Below, in pieces: positions 46,797 to 58,630 of a DNA stretch of 64,000 nucleotides (position 1 is the stretch's first letter; each line of letters opens with the position of its first letter). The notes under the pieces were generated by a model. That model was not told the origin of the DNA. It made no database searches and saw only the letters and a program-made list of their open reading frames with translations. The DNA is from Paraspadella gotoi (taxonomy: Eukaryota > Animalia > Chaetognatha), in NCBI GenBank assembly GCA_051294375.1, contig CM119265.1:15476963-15540962 (forward strand), written 5' to 3'. Position numbers and translations under genes: made by a program.

Positions 46797-49700
46797 ATGC
46801 ACGATTCTTTCTCTTTTGGAGTCATTGATCTGTCTTCGTCGTCAGATCGAAGAAAAAATAAATCTTCCTCAGAAAATCGAATCCGCCAATTTCCTTCGTC
46901 TTCATCCTCGTCCAGAGTGAAAGGCCACGCCACGCTTCCGCCCAATCCTCTACCGCCTCCGGGCCCCGCCAGGGCTACGACCCGAATGGCACACAGCTTC
47001 GCCGTCGGCTTCGAGTACGAATTCGCCGGAACGCCGTCAGTGGCCACTGGCAAGCGGCAGGTCCGGCTGCCGCAGCGGCTGAGACCACGGCGGCGGCGTC
47101 GACCGGATCCGAGGAAGGAGCCAGGTCGTCCGTTCGAGGACACCGTGATGGTGGCAGAGTTCAGCGAGCAGGTGGGACCGCGTCCGCTGCTACTGAGTTC
47201 ATGCGGTGGAGACGCCGAGCGGGGAGAGGAGTCGAAGACAGGTGGCTGGGATGATTTGCTATCTTCTAGAGGGTCGGATCGCGAAAGGACGAATGAAGAC
47301 ACAGATTCGATCGTATCTTTCTTCGATCCCAACGAGTTCGCCGTTCGAATCATGTCGGTCGACGCCAGCCTTCCGCCAACTAACGAACCCAACGACGACG
47401 TTGCGAACCTACATCTACTCGACACCTCCTTTCGTTTGGCGGCCGATTCCGTCGTCGTTCATCTCGAGACTTCCGGCGAGACCGTTGCCTCCCACGTGCG
47501 TCATTTTACGCTCTATGATCTCAGCGCCCGCGGGTTCGTCCGCCCCTTTTGCGTGTCCTACGTGACGCGGGACGATCGCAAGTTGACGCGTCGCCATGGA
47601 AAGATCGACGCGGCGTTGCGAGAAGCCGTGGATTTGTGGCGCCTCGCAAATTTGAGGCGTTTTTCCCGGGAGTTGGAGATGAGGCTTATCGATCTCGGTC
47701 ACACTAAGGGTCGGATGATTGAATTGCAACAGGTGCGATTATTGACGCAATATTTTGATGTTTTGTTCCTGATTCGCAATTTGTGGGTTCTGAAAAAGCA
47801 TACATATATATTATGTACATTATACGAGCAACCAAAACAATCGAATCCTTTTACTGTCTGTTCAATGTTCAGTGTTCATCCTTCAGCCTGAAGGTTCGTA
47901 TTTTAATTATAAATAAAGTTTAAAGAGTGTTTTAAAGTATTACAAAGAGGTACACGGTACCGACCTCAAAAAAGCACCCATATGACTTATCCATTTGTTA
48001 TGATAGATTTTATTAGTTTATTTAGTTTATTTTATTTAGTCCTGAAATTTTTTTGGGCGCTTTCCTATAAAACATATGACTACATGGTCCCTTCATATAT
48101 AAGAGTGCAAAAACTTGAAATTTTTTTCGGCGGGAAAGAATCTTGATTTTTTTGAAATTCTTAGAACAAAACTTTAACTTGACTTGCGCTACCCTTTCCA
48201 AGTTACCTTACTAACTTTCATGACACCAATGGCCGACCTGATACAAAACAAGATGCCCTTTACTTTGTGCGGCTCATAAAAAAATTACAATAGACAAGAC
48301 CTGCATTGAATAGCAGAGAGTGAAGTTCAAAGTAGAAAGCCAGAACCTCAGAGAATTTGAAAATCAGAAAACTTAAAAAGGCGATCTGAACTTTGTCTTG
48401 CTACGGGGGGCAAACACCTTGATTTTGCAATAGGATATGGGTACTCCAAAAAAATTTTCATGATTGTTTTGACATGTTAATGAAAATTGTATTAAAATTA
48501 GCTACTGAGCTATTAAAATTCTTTTGAGGTCGGTAACCGTGAATATCCTTGTAGGTAAGCTCATTGCTCAGACGCTTACAGAGCAAAGTATTTTGCACGT
48601 AATCGAAAACAACTGAAAAATACATACTAATTCTTTCGTTTGGCCTCAGGGTCAAAGCCCGTCGTCGCCGCCACAAGTCCGCCTCGACGCCACGCTCCTC
48701 TCTTCAGTACGCTCCTCCTCTTCTTCTTGTTACGCGTCAATGCCCCTCTCCTCTCCCGAAATCCTCCAAGCCACGACCTCCACCCGCGGCTCCACTGATG
48801 ACAGCGTCTTCGGCACGCCTTCGAACTGCTCGTGCGGGGAAGTCGAGAGCGGGGAGGAAGGGATTGACCTTGAGACTTTGGAGGAGAGTTTGGAGGAAGG
48901 AAAGAAGAAAGGAGGAGAAAGTGAGAGTTACAGAGAAGAGGAAGAGACAAATGGAAAGGAGGAAAGTCCTCAATGGAAAGAGAGAGAAGAATGTGGGGTT
49001 TTAGAACCTGACGAGAAAGGATCAGATCGAACCAACGAAAGCGAGAAAGAAAAGTCGGATTCAAAGGAAGAAAATCGACTCTCGAACGATAACCGTGACA
49101 AGAAATTTACTGAAACGAAATCCAGAATTGGCCCAATGAACGAAAGCAACGATCATTTCTTAAAATCTAACGTCTATCCGAATACCGAATGCTCGGCCAA
49201 AGTCACCGTGGTTCGGGAGGCGCGAGAGAGTCCTGAGAAGTTAAAGTCAAAAGAAAGCAGCCATCTCGTCTCTCGGTCTGGCGCTTCCAGTGACAACGAG
49301 GTTAGCGCGGAGACTTTAAAATGTTCTCCCCCTGATCTGGACAGTGGATTGTCGACCGAAGTCGAAAGTCATTTGCATAAAGAGGAAACAAAGGTGATGA
49401 GAAGAGACGAAGAAAAAGACGTAGACGTCGAAAATTTTCCTTTCAGCGGCGAAGAAAGAGAGCAAAATTTCAATAATGTTATTAGCGAAGAAAGAAAAAA
49501 AGTAGATGACAGAAGAGCATTACTTGACCAAAAAGAAACAGAAAACGTTGGCTGTGAAGAGCGAAATAATAAACACAAAAATATAACTAACACATCCGAA
49601 ATCAAAGGGTTCGATTGGCCCCCGACTAGGGGTTCCATCAATTCAGATGTTGATTCCGAGGCGAACAGAAAGCGTCGTTTGTTACCATGGCAACATCCCT

Positions 49701-50542
49701 CGCAGTCACCGGAAGCATTAACGCCAACGATTAAATCGCCTCCTCCGCCGATCCAGCCGTCGTCCCCGCCACTTGCCAAATTGACGTTGAGCGTCGAAGA
49801 ATTGGAGATACTGACGACTTCGACGGCGCCACAAATCGACGCTGCCATCCGAGAGATCCGCGCCATCAGGACGATGGTCGACGAGCGACTGGCGCAACTC
49901 CAAGAAACCGAAGATGCGGAAAGTGAAGACAAGGATGCGAAACGCGAGGGCGATTCTGAGCACCCCTTCAGTCATTTATGCCACGCATCCGGTTGGTACT
50001 CGCCCAAAATCGTTCCCCCAGTCCTGCGGCGTCGCTTCGACAGCGAACTATCGTCGCTGAGAGTACTGACGCCGGGTAAACACGAAATGGCGCTCGCGTC
50101 TTTGACGGCGTTCCGAGAGAGAATACAAAAAGACTGGGAGGTAGCGGAGGAAGAAGAGGAGAGAGAGAGGAAAGAGGAAGAGCGGAAGAGAAGAAAGGAA
50201 AAAAAAGAAAAGAAAGTACAAGATGGAGAAAGCGGGAGGCTGACCGTCACGCGGGGTTCATTCAAACGGAGATCCGTGACGAGACTTTTCGAGAAAAACT
50301 ATGAATACGAATCGAAAACGGGAGTTGAAAATCCGAGATGCCCCCTTCGCGATGACAACGAAGAGATTACGCTCGCGCCGCGCCGCGCCTTCGACGCCGC
50401 GAATCCGGAACTCGAACCGCGTTGGCCGACGGAGGGCGACGCCGAAGATTTAAGAAAACTGCCGACGCCACGAGATTCCGATGACTCTCGCGGAAAAGAA
50501 CAAGAATCGAGGAAAAAGTTGGCCAATTGGCGTCGATTTTGA
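46797..50542 (+). CDS. SMCR8: SMCR8-like (folliculin-family uDENN/longin) protein; start codon and 3' end uncertain
   Basis: 'VAEFSEQVGPRPL', 'FDPNEFAVRIMSVD', 'HVRHFTLYDLSARGFVRPFCVSYV'. Donor at 47732/3 and in-frame acceptor at 48649/50 lead into the 48740-50542 ORF ('FDSELSSLRVL'). Confidence 0.75.
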
Positions 50543-51403
50543 GTCGTAATTCTTTTTTTGGTCAAGCGTTTAGCAATTGAAAAAAAATGATATGTACTGA
50601 AAAATTCATTAAAAAAATATTTTTTAGTTATATCGTAATTTGACGATTAAAAGAAATATAAGAATTTATGACTTCATCATATGAAAAATTGGATAAAAAC
50701 ACAAACCGTGACAAAAAACATAAGGGCAACCGGTTAAACTTTTACGATTAAAATAAATATAAGAATTAATGATTTCATCATATAAAAAATTAACAATTAA
50801 AATTAACAACTAAAATATATAGCAAACCGCGACAAAAAACAAGGATTGCCTGTTGAACTTTTGAAGATAAATGACATACGTAGATGTTGACGACAGCGGA
50901 TGACAGCGATGGCCTTTTCAACGAAACTTCTCTGAGAAGTGATTGAGAAACCGAATTTTTACTGACATTCGCAGGAAAGTCTAAGAAAAGGGCGTGAGCG
51001 AAACGGGAAAATATTGGAGTCATGACGTGACGTCTCATATCGCGCGACGTGAATTCTTCCCTCGTCACCGAATCGCTCGATGATATTCCGTCAACGCAAG
51101 ATTGAGTGAGACATTAAGCTTTTGAGGAAGAGGAAGAAGAAGAACGGCGAAGACAGAATACTTTCTAATTCAGCGCAGGATCAAATCTAATTAACTCATT
51201 ATACGAAATACAGAAAAGGGACCGAATGAAACTAACATGAACTCTTTTCTAATCAATTTTAAGCAAAGTAGATGAGAAAAAATATATCTTAGTTTATACA
51301 AAAAATATCGGCGACCGTTAATAAAATTAAGAATAAATAAAAAAAAATACGAAGCGATAAGCTGAGTTTTAATTATTGGTGTGGTGCCTACACTGTAAAA
51401 GAT

Positions 51404-51513
<110 letters not shown>

Positions 51514-51686
51514 TCAACAAAAGTCGATGAACAGAACACGTCCCTTTCCTTCATCTTTCCTCATAATTTTTCCGCCTCACGTCGCTTTTCCATCAGAAAA
51601 GATATAAAAATAAGCCGATTTGGTCGATCAAAGGCGGATAGAATTATCTTTTTATCCATATATGATATATAAGAAAACCAGGAAAG

Positions 51687-53961
51687 ATGGCGCTAACAAC
51701 GACGGAGAGAGAGACGCAGCTCGCGCCGCTTTTTGACGCCGGATGGACGATGGTGGAAGGACGCGACGCTATATACAAGGAATTTTTATTCGAGGTTAGT
51801 CGCTTCGGACATGTCGAAACATGTCTGTCCTATTCTAAATAAAATCGTTGTTACTAGGGGTAGCCGCACTCAATGGGGTGAGTCAAAAATTTTGAGTGAG
51901 TACATGCTCAAACGAATATTTAGACATTTTTAAGAATACTTTCAATGGACCAAAAATTTCTAAAATGGCTCTATACCCTAGTAATTAATTTTTTAATATT
52001 TATTTATAGATAGGAAAGGCCAAAAATTTTTTTTGAATTTTTAAATTTTAAGACCAGATTCAGATAGCTCATAAAAAGTTGTCTACACAAAGTATGATTC
52101 TTTTTTAAATATTTTTACGATAAGTGTGTCAAAAATAAGAAAAACTGTAAAAAATCATTATCATCATCATCTTTCGATGATTTTATCAGTTTTTTTATAT
52201 TTTCACTTAGAAAACGTAAGAATTTTAAAAGCTGTAATTATATTTCTCGTTTAACTTTTTATGCTCTATCAGAATCCATCAAAAAATTTTGAGATTTTAA
52301 AAAAATATTTTTTGCTCAATATAGTAATATTATATATTTAATTAGGCGAGTACCCTCAGAAGAAAGCATTTTTGACAAAAAATATTTTAATACCATAATC
52401 TATGGTCATGATAGATTATTTTAACGCTGTATACATTAGCATTTAAATTTCATCGGCTATGGCTATTGTTACACCTAACAAAATAATAACATATTTTATA
52501 AAATTTTCTTAGTTTTTTACAGCGAATCCAAATCTGTTCTTAAAAATAAAAAAAAATATTTTATAAGGATATTAGTACATAAATAATTGAATTTACTATA
52601 CTGTTATGCTAAAAAAAATTTAAAAGAATTTAAAATTTTATAATTATATGTCCATAAGCAGCAAATAATAATGTTTAATCACTCCACCCAAATACACATA
52701 TAAGGACCAATTAGACACACACTCTCTTACACACACTCACACAGAAAAACATTTGTTCTTATTCTGAAGATATCTTGTTAAATTTAATACTTTTTCTAAT
52801 ATTATGTATTTCATATTAATTTTAACTTCCATGTCTAAATAATAAATTTGTTCTCAAAGTTCTGCATGAAAAACTCACACTTACTAACGAATCAGAAAAT
52901 GAAAAATAAAGAAAATGTACTTTTTGTTTCAGAATTTCAACGAAGCATTTGGTTTTATGTCACGAGTAGCGCTGTTCGCTGACAAAGTGGACCATCATCC
53001 TGAGTGGTTTAATGTATATAATAAAGTACAGGTATTTTTAATTATTAATAAAGTTCTGATGACTTACCCCAATTCTTAAGTATTTTTGCCGTATTTCTTC
53101 TTCCAGATACAATTTTGAAGGTAGTTAATAAATTTGATTTGATCTTTACATGCAAAATAAAAAAAGAAAAATTATTTCTGGAGATAACATGATTTTTATT
53201 TTTGAAATAAGCACTGACCTTCATAGTTCAAAAGTTTCTGAAGATCAGTGCTCATTTAAAAAAAATATGTTATCTTCAGAAATAATTTGGTTTTTTTTAT
53301 ATTATTGGAATGTAAAGACCAAGTCAAATTTATTAACTACTAAATCTCCTGCCAAAACCAGGACTCTGAAACAAACAATTTTGGATGTGTTTGGCCTTTC
53401 TTAATTCAAAATAAATTAAAGAATTTCATAATAAGCAGTAAAAATAAAATGTAACACTAATATTATTAGAACGTTTGTTTACAGTTTACCCAAAAGCTAA
53501 AGATACCTGTTAATTCGTGTCCCTTACTTTTAGTTTTCATCTATCTTACTTCGGCCATGACGATTGTACTGATTAATAATGATACTGTGGAGCAATCCGC
53601 AATAGGAATGATAACCATATACTTTTAATAAATAATACAAAAATAGTATTACACAAGCGGAGGTTACCTATTTGAAACTGCGCCATTAAATGGCACAAAT
53701 GCGCAAATTCTTTCGCAGTATTGCATCATAAGGAATTGTGCAAAAACGAAGGGAATGACTCTGACTTGTCACTTTTTTTATTTTCCTTTAAAAGAGGAGA
53801 CCTTAGGGAATTTTTAGTACTTGAATACGATGAAAAACTTGCGTTACAAATTTGTTATTTAAGTATTTGTTTTTAAGGTAACAATGAGTACTCATGACGT
53901 GGGTGGACTCTCCGACAAGGACGTCAAGATGGCGTCTTTCTTAGAGAAAATCGCGAACTGA
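51687..53961 (+). CDS. PCBD: Pterin-4-alpha-carbinolamine dehydratase (PCD/DCoH), 3 exons, 96 aa
   Basis: Exons 51687-51794, 52933-53031, 53878-53961 give '[18 protein letters not shown]|[33 protein letters not shown]|[27 protein letters not shown]'. Confidence 0.95.
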
Positions 53962-54630
53962 TGAAAAGAAGAACAACGTCAACGCTGGTCGCAAGAAATT
54001 ACCGCCACATTTTCGTCGCCAACGACGTCAAAATGATCTTTTTTTTTAGGGGGGCGTCGCCGGGAATACTATCCAAATCCAATGGAGCAAACGAATCTAT
54101 AGTTCTTATTATTGGCAGTGATTTCTATTTGGGTATTTTCAACAATGAATTTGGAACTTTACTAACTATTATTTCTTTTTTTCCCACTGATAAATATGAA
54201 ACACCCTTTATTTAAAAAAACGGTTGGTTATAGTTATCTTCTCTTTATAACATAGAAGTCACTGGGTGAATTTCTATGTTTTCAAAATACGGTAAGATAT
54301 GATTTCTTTTACGATGATCATTCCAAATACGGTATCATCCTTAATTAAGAAGAAACTAAAAACGATTTTTCATGGTAAGACCAACTTTTAGAGATTAAAT
54401 TGCTCGTAAGATCTGTCACGTATTTTAGATATAGTACTGCTTAGGCAAAAAAAACGGCATGCTATAGTATAAAACTTTTTTCTTTTTTTCTATTCCTTTT
54501 CTTATTTACTTTTCTCTTTTGAACTTTCTCTCTGTCCCTCTTCTTTCTCTCTGTCTTTCTCCCTTTCTCTTACTTTTCTCTCCTCATAATTATCTGAGTC
54601 ATCCATCCTTTTCTTCCTTTACCTTTATAA

Positions 54631-54859
54631 TATGAGGAGAAGAGGGAGAACGAGAATGATAAAGAGAAAAAAAAAACAAGAAAGAAGGAAAAAAAAGAAT
54701 CAAAGAGGGAAAGAAAAGCAGAAATAGAGCGGAAAAGAAATAAAGTTTATTTCCCTTCCGCTCTATCTCTGCTTTTCTCTCCCTCTTTGATTCTTTTTTT
54801 TCCTTCTTTCTTGTTTTTTTTTCTCTTTTATCATTCTCGTTCTCCCTCTTCTCCTCATA
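54631..54859. repeat. Long imperfect palindrome (purine arm / pyrimidine arm)
   Basis: tatgaggagaagagggagaacgagaatgataaa... mirrored by ...tttatcattctcgttctccctcttctcctcata around approx 54744. Confidence 0.85.
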
Positions 54860-56155
54860 TAATATTTTTTTTCCACTTGTTCTCCCTCTCCCTGCCCCTT
54901 TTTTTTACCCATACTCTGCTTCTCTTATCTTTTTCTCCTTCTCACTAATTTTTCAAATCTTTCAAATGTATTGTAAGAAAAAAATAGGGTAGTGCAAGAT
55001 TTTAGCGGAAGTTTGGTTGCCTAGCAGATTTAAAAAATCGACAGATTTTTGCGGAAATTTTTTCCGCAAAAACGTGTCGATTGGGAGAAAAAAATGTCCT
55101 GACACTTCCATGACATTAAAAGAATGCGGTTTTTTTTAAAACTTGAACATTAGTGGGTTTCTCATCTGATGAAACTATAAAGTTAGTTAAAAAACGAGTT
55201 TTAGTTTAAAAAAAATGCACCTCACAAAACCTCACAAATTAAAAGTCGGCTTAAAATTTTTTTTACAGCCAAAGTATTGAATAGTTTGCCATAATTTTTT
55301 AGGTGTTGGAAGCTCAGTTGAATAGGAATATTTTCCTAGAATTGTAGGTAAATCAAATTATTTTTGTTAAACAAATTGTAATAAAAACTAAAAATGTGAG
55401 TTTTTGACTAGTCAATTTTAAAATTAATTCAAAGGCAAACAATAGATTTTCAATTGAATATGAACTAACTCAGTGGTAAGGAAGATAAAAAGGACCCGAA
55501 AACCGAAATAAAAAATTTTTCTCAAACCATCTTGTCATTCAAATCTCAAGACAAAAGTCAAAATGGACAAAAATGGACATAATTTTTTTTATTAAAAGTA
55601 GCAAAAATGATATTGATTCTTGATTAAAAAATTCTGCAGATGATTTCAATTAATCCGTAGTCTAGCCCACTTTGTCTTCGGGTTCAAATTTAATTAACTT
55701 TGTAGGTAATATTCTTGCAATATTGCAAAAAGTGGTTTTTTTGCTGAATTCCTCGATAGAAATCACTGCCTATTACGTTATTCCAAGAATTTGTTTATCT
55801 TTAAGGATAAAAATTGTAATATAATAAATAAAAACGTTTATTCGCCTGAAAATTTATATATATACATACGTTTGAGTTATCGAATTCCTAAAAACATAAC
55901 CGTAAAGTGTCGAAACTTGTTAAACAACAGATACATTAAGTTCTGGTATAGGCTGCGGCGTTTCGGGATTTTGTTGTTCCGGCTCCAGCTGCACCACTTC
56001 GCTTTGGGGCTCCTGCTTGTCCACCTGCTTGTCCACCTGCTCTTGTGTGTTCGTATTGTCGGGCAACTCTGGACAAGCGTTGAGCCAGGCCCCTCGGGCC
56101 TCTAGGCAGGCCCACGTCAGGTGTCGCTTTCCCGGGTTCGTCCGTGGCCTTGACT

Positions 56156-56350
56156 TTCGGCCCTTGGTATGAGTTGGAAGGTTAACGCATCATAAAGTTA
56201 ATAAAGACTCGATGTTATTATTCGGCCCTTGGTATGAGTTGGAAGGTTAACGCATCATAAAGTTAATAAAGACCCGATGTTATTATTCGGCCCTTGGTAT
56301 GAGTTGGACGGTTAACGCATCATGAAGTTAATAAAGGCCAGATGTTATTA
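56156..56350. repeat. 65-bp tandem repeat, three copies
   Basis: Units start at 56156, 56221 and 56286 (ttcggcccttggtatgagttgga...gatgttatta). Confidence 0.9.
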
Positions 56351-57979
56351 TGTAGTCGAAAAATTTGGAAGACCTTCATTTTTTGTCTAGCGAAAGCTTC
56401 GACGACGAGACCATCAAGTAGCTCGTCCAGCTGTTGATTGGTCAAGTACTTGAGATTCATCATTTCCTGACGAACGCTTTCCGGCAACATAGCGCTGGGT
56501 TCTATGCGTTGGAGCTGAAACAGAGGAAGTGACGCGTGGATGTCAATATATTGGTTGCAACAAAAAATTCGTGATTTATTAAAACGGGTAAAATGACAGC
56601 AATGATGTGTAGTTTGACCACGGATACATCTTAATATTTCATAGATTTATTTAATATCTCTCTTTATGTAGCTCCGCGAGACATTACTCTATACCCTATA
56701 TATTAATGTTTTAATATATAATTGTGTTATATAATGAGGTTTTCTTTCGTTGTGTAACGGGATTTAACGATTTTTAAATATTTAATTATAGATAAGAAAG
56801 ACTAAATATTTTTTTAAATTTTTTTATTTTTAAGATTGCATTGAGGTAGCTTTTAAAAAGTTGTCAACACCTCCGCCCCATTTGATTTTAATTTCATACC
56901 GAAAGGAACTATATGCGAGTTCCAGAAAACTAGCAAAACATGCAACCAGAAGAATTAATTGTTTATAGCTACTAAGAAACGTCAACATGTAGTTTCAAAT
57001 AAAATACCATATTGAGATCGTCTTTATACTGCTGAATGGCGCATTCTTTTCTCCATTCCGGAATTTCCTCTCTCAACAACGCATTATCGTTGTGTCTATA
57101 AAAAGAACAAAAGACCATCGAAAAAAAGGGCGACTGGAATTTTTATCTTTTCTGAAGCGGAAACGCGCTGGTCGTTTCAGTTGTGGGAGAAAGTCCACGA
57201 ATAAAATCGTCATTCATTCAATGTTTATATTATGATTACGATCGTACAAACCCGGGGTTATCGTAGTAACTGCGAATATTAATTTCGGTTTCCATTTCGT
57301 TGCGATTTTTGTTGCGAAATTGTTTCGTCTGCGCGCATCCCATTTTTTAAAAAAACGCCACAAATTTTAACCCACTCATTCGCTACAAACTGTTTTTAAA
57401 TGCCAGTTTAATACCAACCTTTTCTTCGTAATTTATCAAATCATTACTACATTCAATTAAATAAATATAATTCACTTACTTTATGACATAATTTTTTTTA
57501 GGTTATAAATAGAAAAAATGCCTCTACGAATGACGGAACAGGATTTCCGACGAATTCACACGGCAAGCCTTGAAAGGAAAATTTTTTTTTCGCTTCAAAT
57601 TTCACTAAATATTTTCTGACAGCCTCAACCAGGAATTTAACCTTAAACGTTCAAGGGGAAAAAAATCTTCTTTTTTTTCGTTGAGGGTGAAACAAGGGAT
57701 CGGCCCGGAACCGGCTAACCACACAAGTTCGTGTTATCTTTTCTTAAGATGTCTCAGGAATTTTTAAATTATTTGATTTAAATATATTCATAAACCGCTA
57801 AACTTACCAATATTAATAATGGTTAAAAATGAAGTTTATAATGAAGTAGTACGATAACGGATGAGAAAAGGAAGGGATAAGCCATAAGAAGGCGGAGATT
57901 CTCCGAAAATTGGGCAAGTCTCAAGAGCATCCGTAGAAGTGAAAGAGGAATTTTAAGTTGATGTCGAAAATAATTATAG

Positions 57980-58234
57980 TATGGCAACAGCCGGGTTGAC
58001 TGTGATGCCCATTGGGATGGGGAAGCTCACTGTTGGCTTTGGGGGCTTCCGACCCTCAGTGACGCCTCCAGTCACTGGCGCGGTTACCCTAGGACGGTCT
58101 CGCTTTGCCAACGCAGAGGGAAGTCGCTAGGACTGTGGATGGAACACTACGCCTGGGATCGTGCGTTCTCCCTCTGAGCCAATGGATTTGGCTAACGGAT
58201 GGTGGACGTGAGGCGGTGTGAATATACCGCCACA
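57980..58234 (-). mobile_element. Solo LTR of the twister-bearing element
   Basis: Near-identical to 5034-5287; flanked by 4-bp TSD ATAG (57976-57979 and 58235-58238). Confidence 0.88.
58032..58112 (-). ncRNA. Predicted twister ribozyme, P5-type (solo LTR)
   Basis: Core matches 5087-5167 except for a change in the P3 loop (gcctcca versus gcatcca on the plus strand). Confidence 0.78.
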
Positions 58235-58538
58235 ATAGAAAAGTTATTTATATCCAAATTACACGTCAGGTTCTTTTTAAAAATGGGGCTCCGATAGAAC
58301 GTACTGTAGTCCGGCGAGACGAGTGACATTCGAGTTTGCTGAAGTACAAAGCGAAATAATGACTAATAAGACTGACTCAGATTTGTTTAGATTGTCTTAG
58401 AATTTCATTTTTAAAAAATATAATATGTGAAAAGTCTTTCGTTTCGTTGCTTTTTAAAATTATCTCCCTCTCACTCTCAGTCTCACTCTCTCTCTATCTC
58501 TGTTGTTTGTTTGACAAACATTTTATAAATTCACATTT

Positions 58539-58630
58539 CGCTGGAGAAGACTCGAAAAAAGTGTCGAAACATGTCCGTTTGAAAAATAAAACGCGTTGTT
58601 TGTAAACAAAAATAAACTTTGTTTTCTCTC
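58539..58630 (+). mobile_element. Degenerate Penelope-type hammerhead repeat copy
   Basis: cg-CTGGAGA-a-gactc-gaaaaaa-gtgtc-GAAA-CATG-TC-cg followed by an ...aaataaa...cgttgt...aataaactttgtttt tail as at 4182-4260; a further fragment lies at 51813-51851. Confidence 0.5.

Noticed and set aside
55160-55185. Hammerhead from ctgatgaaac
   Set aside because: No helix II between CUGAUGA and GAAA and no flanking helices.
56156-56350. CRISPR-like array
   Set aside because: Units are contiguous 65-bp tandem copies with no unique spacers, no cas genes, and the context is eukaryotic.
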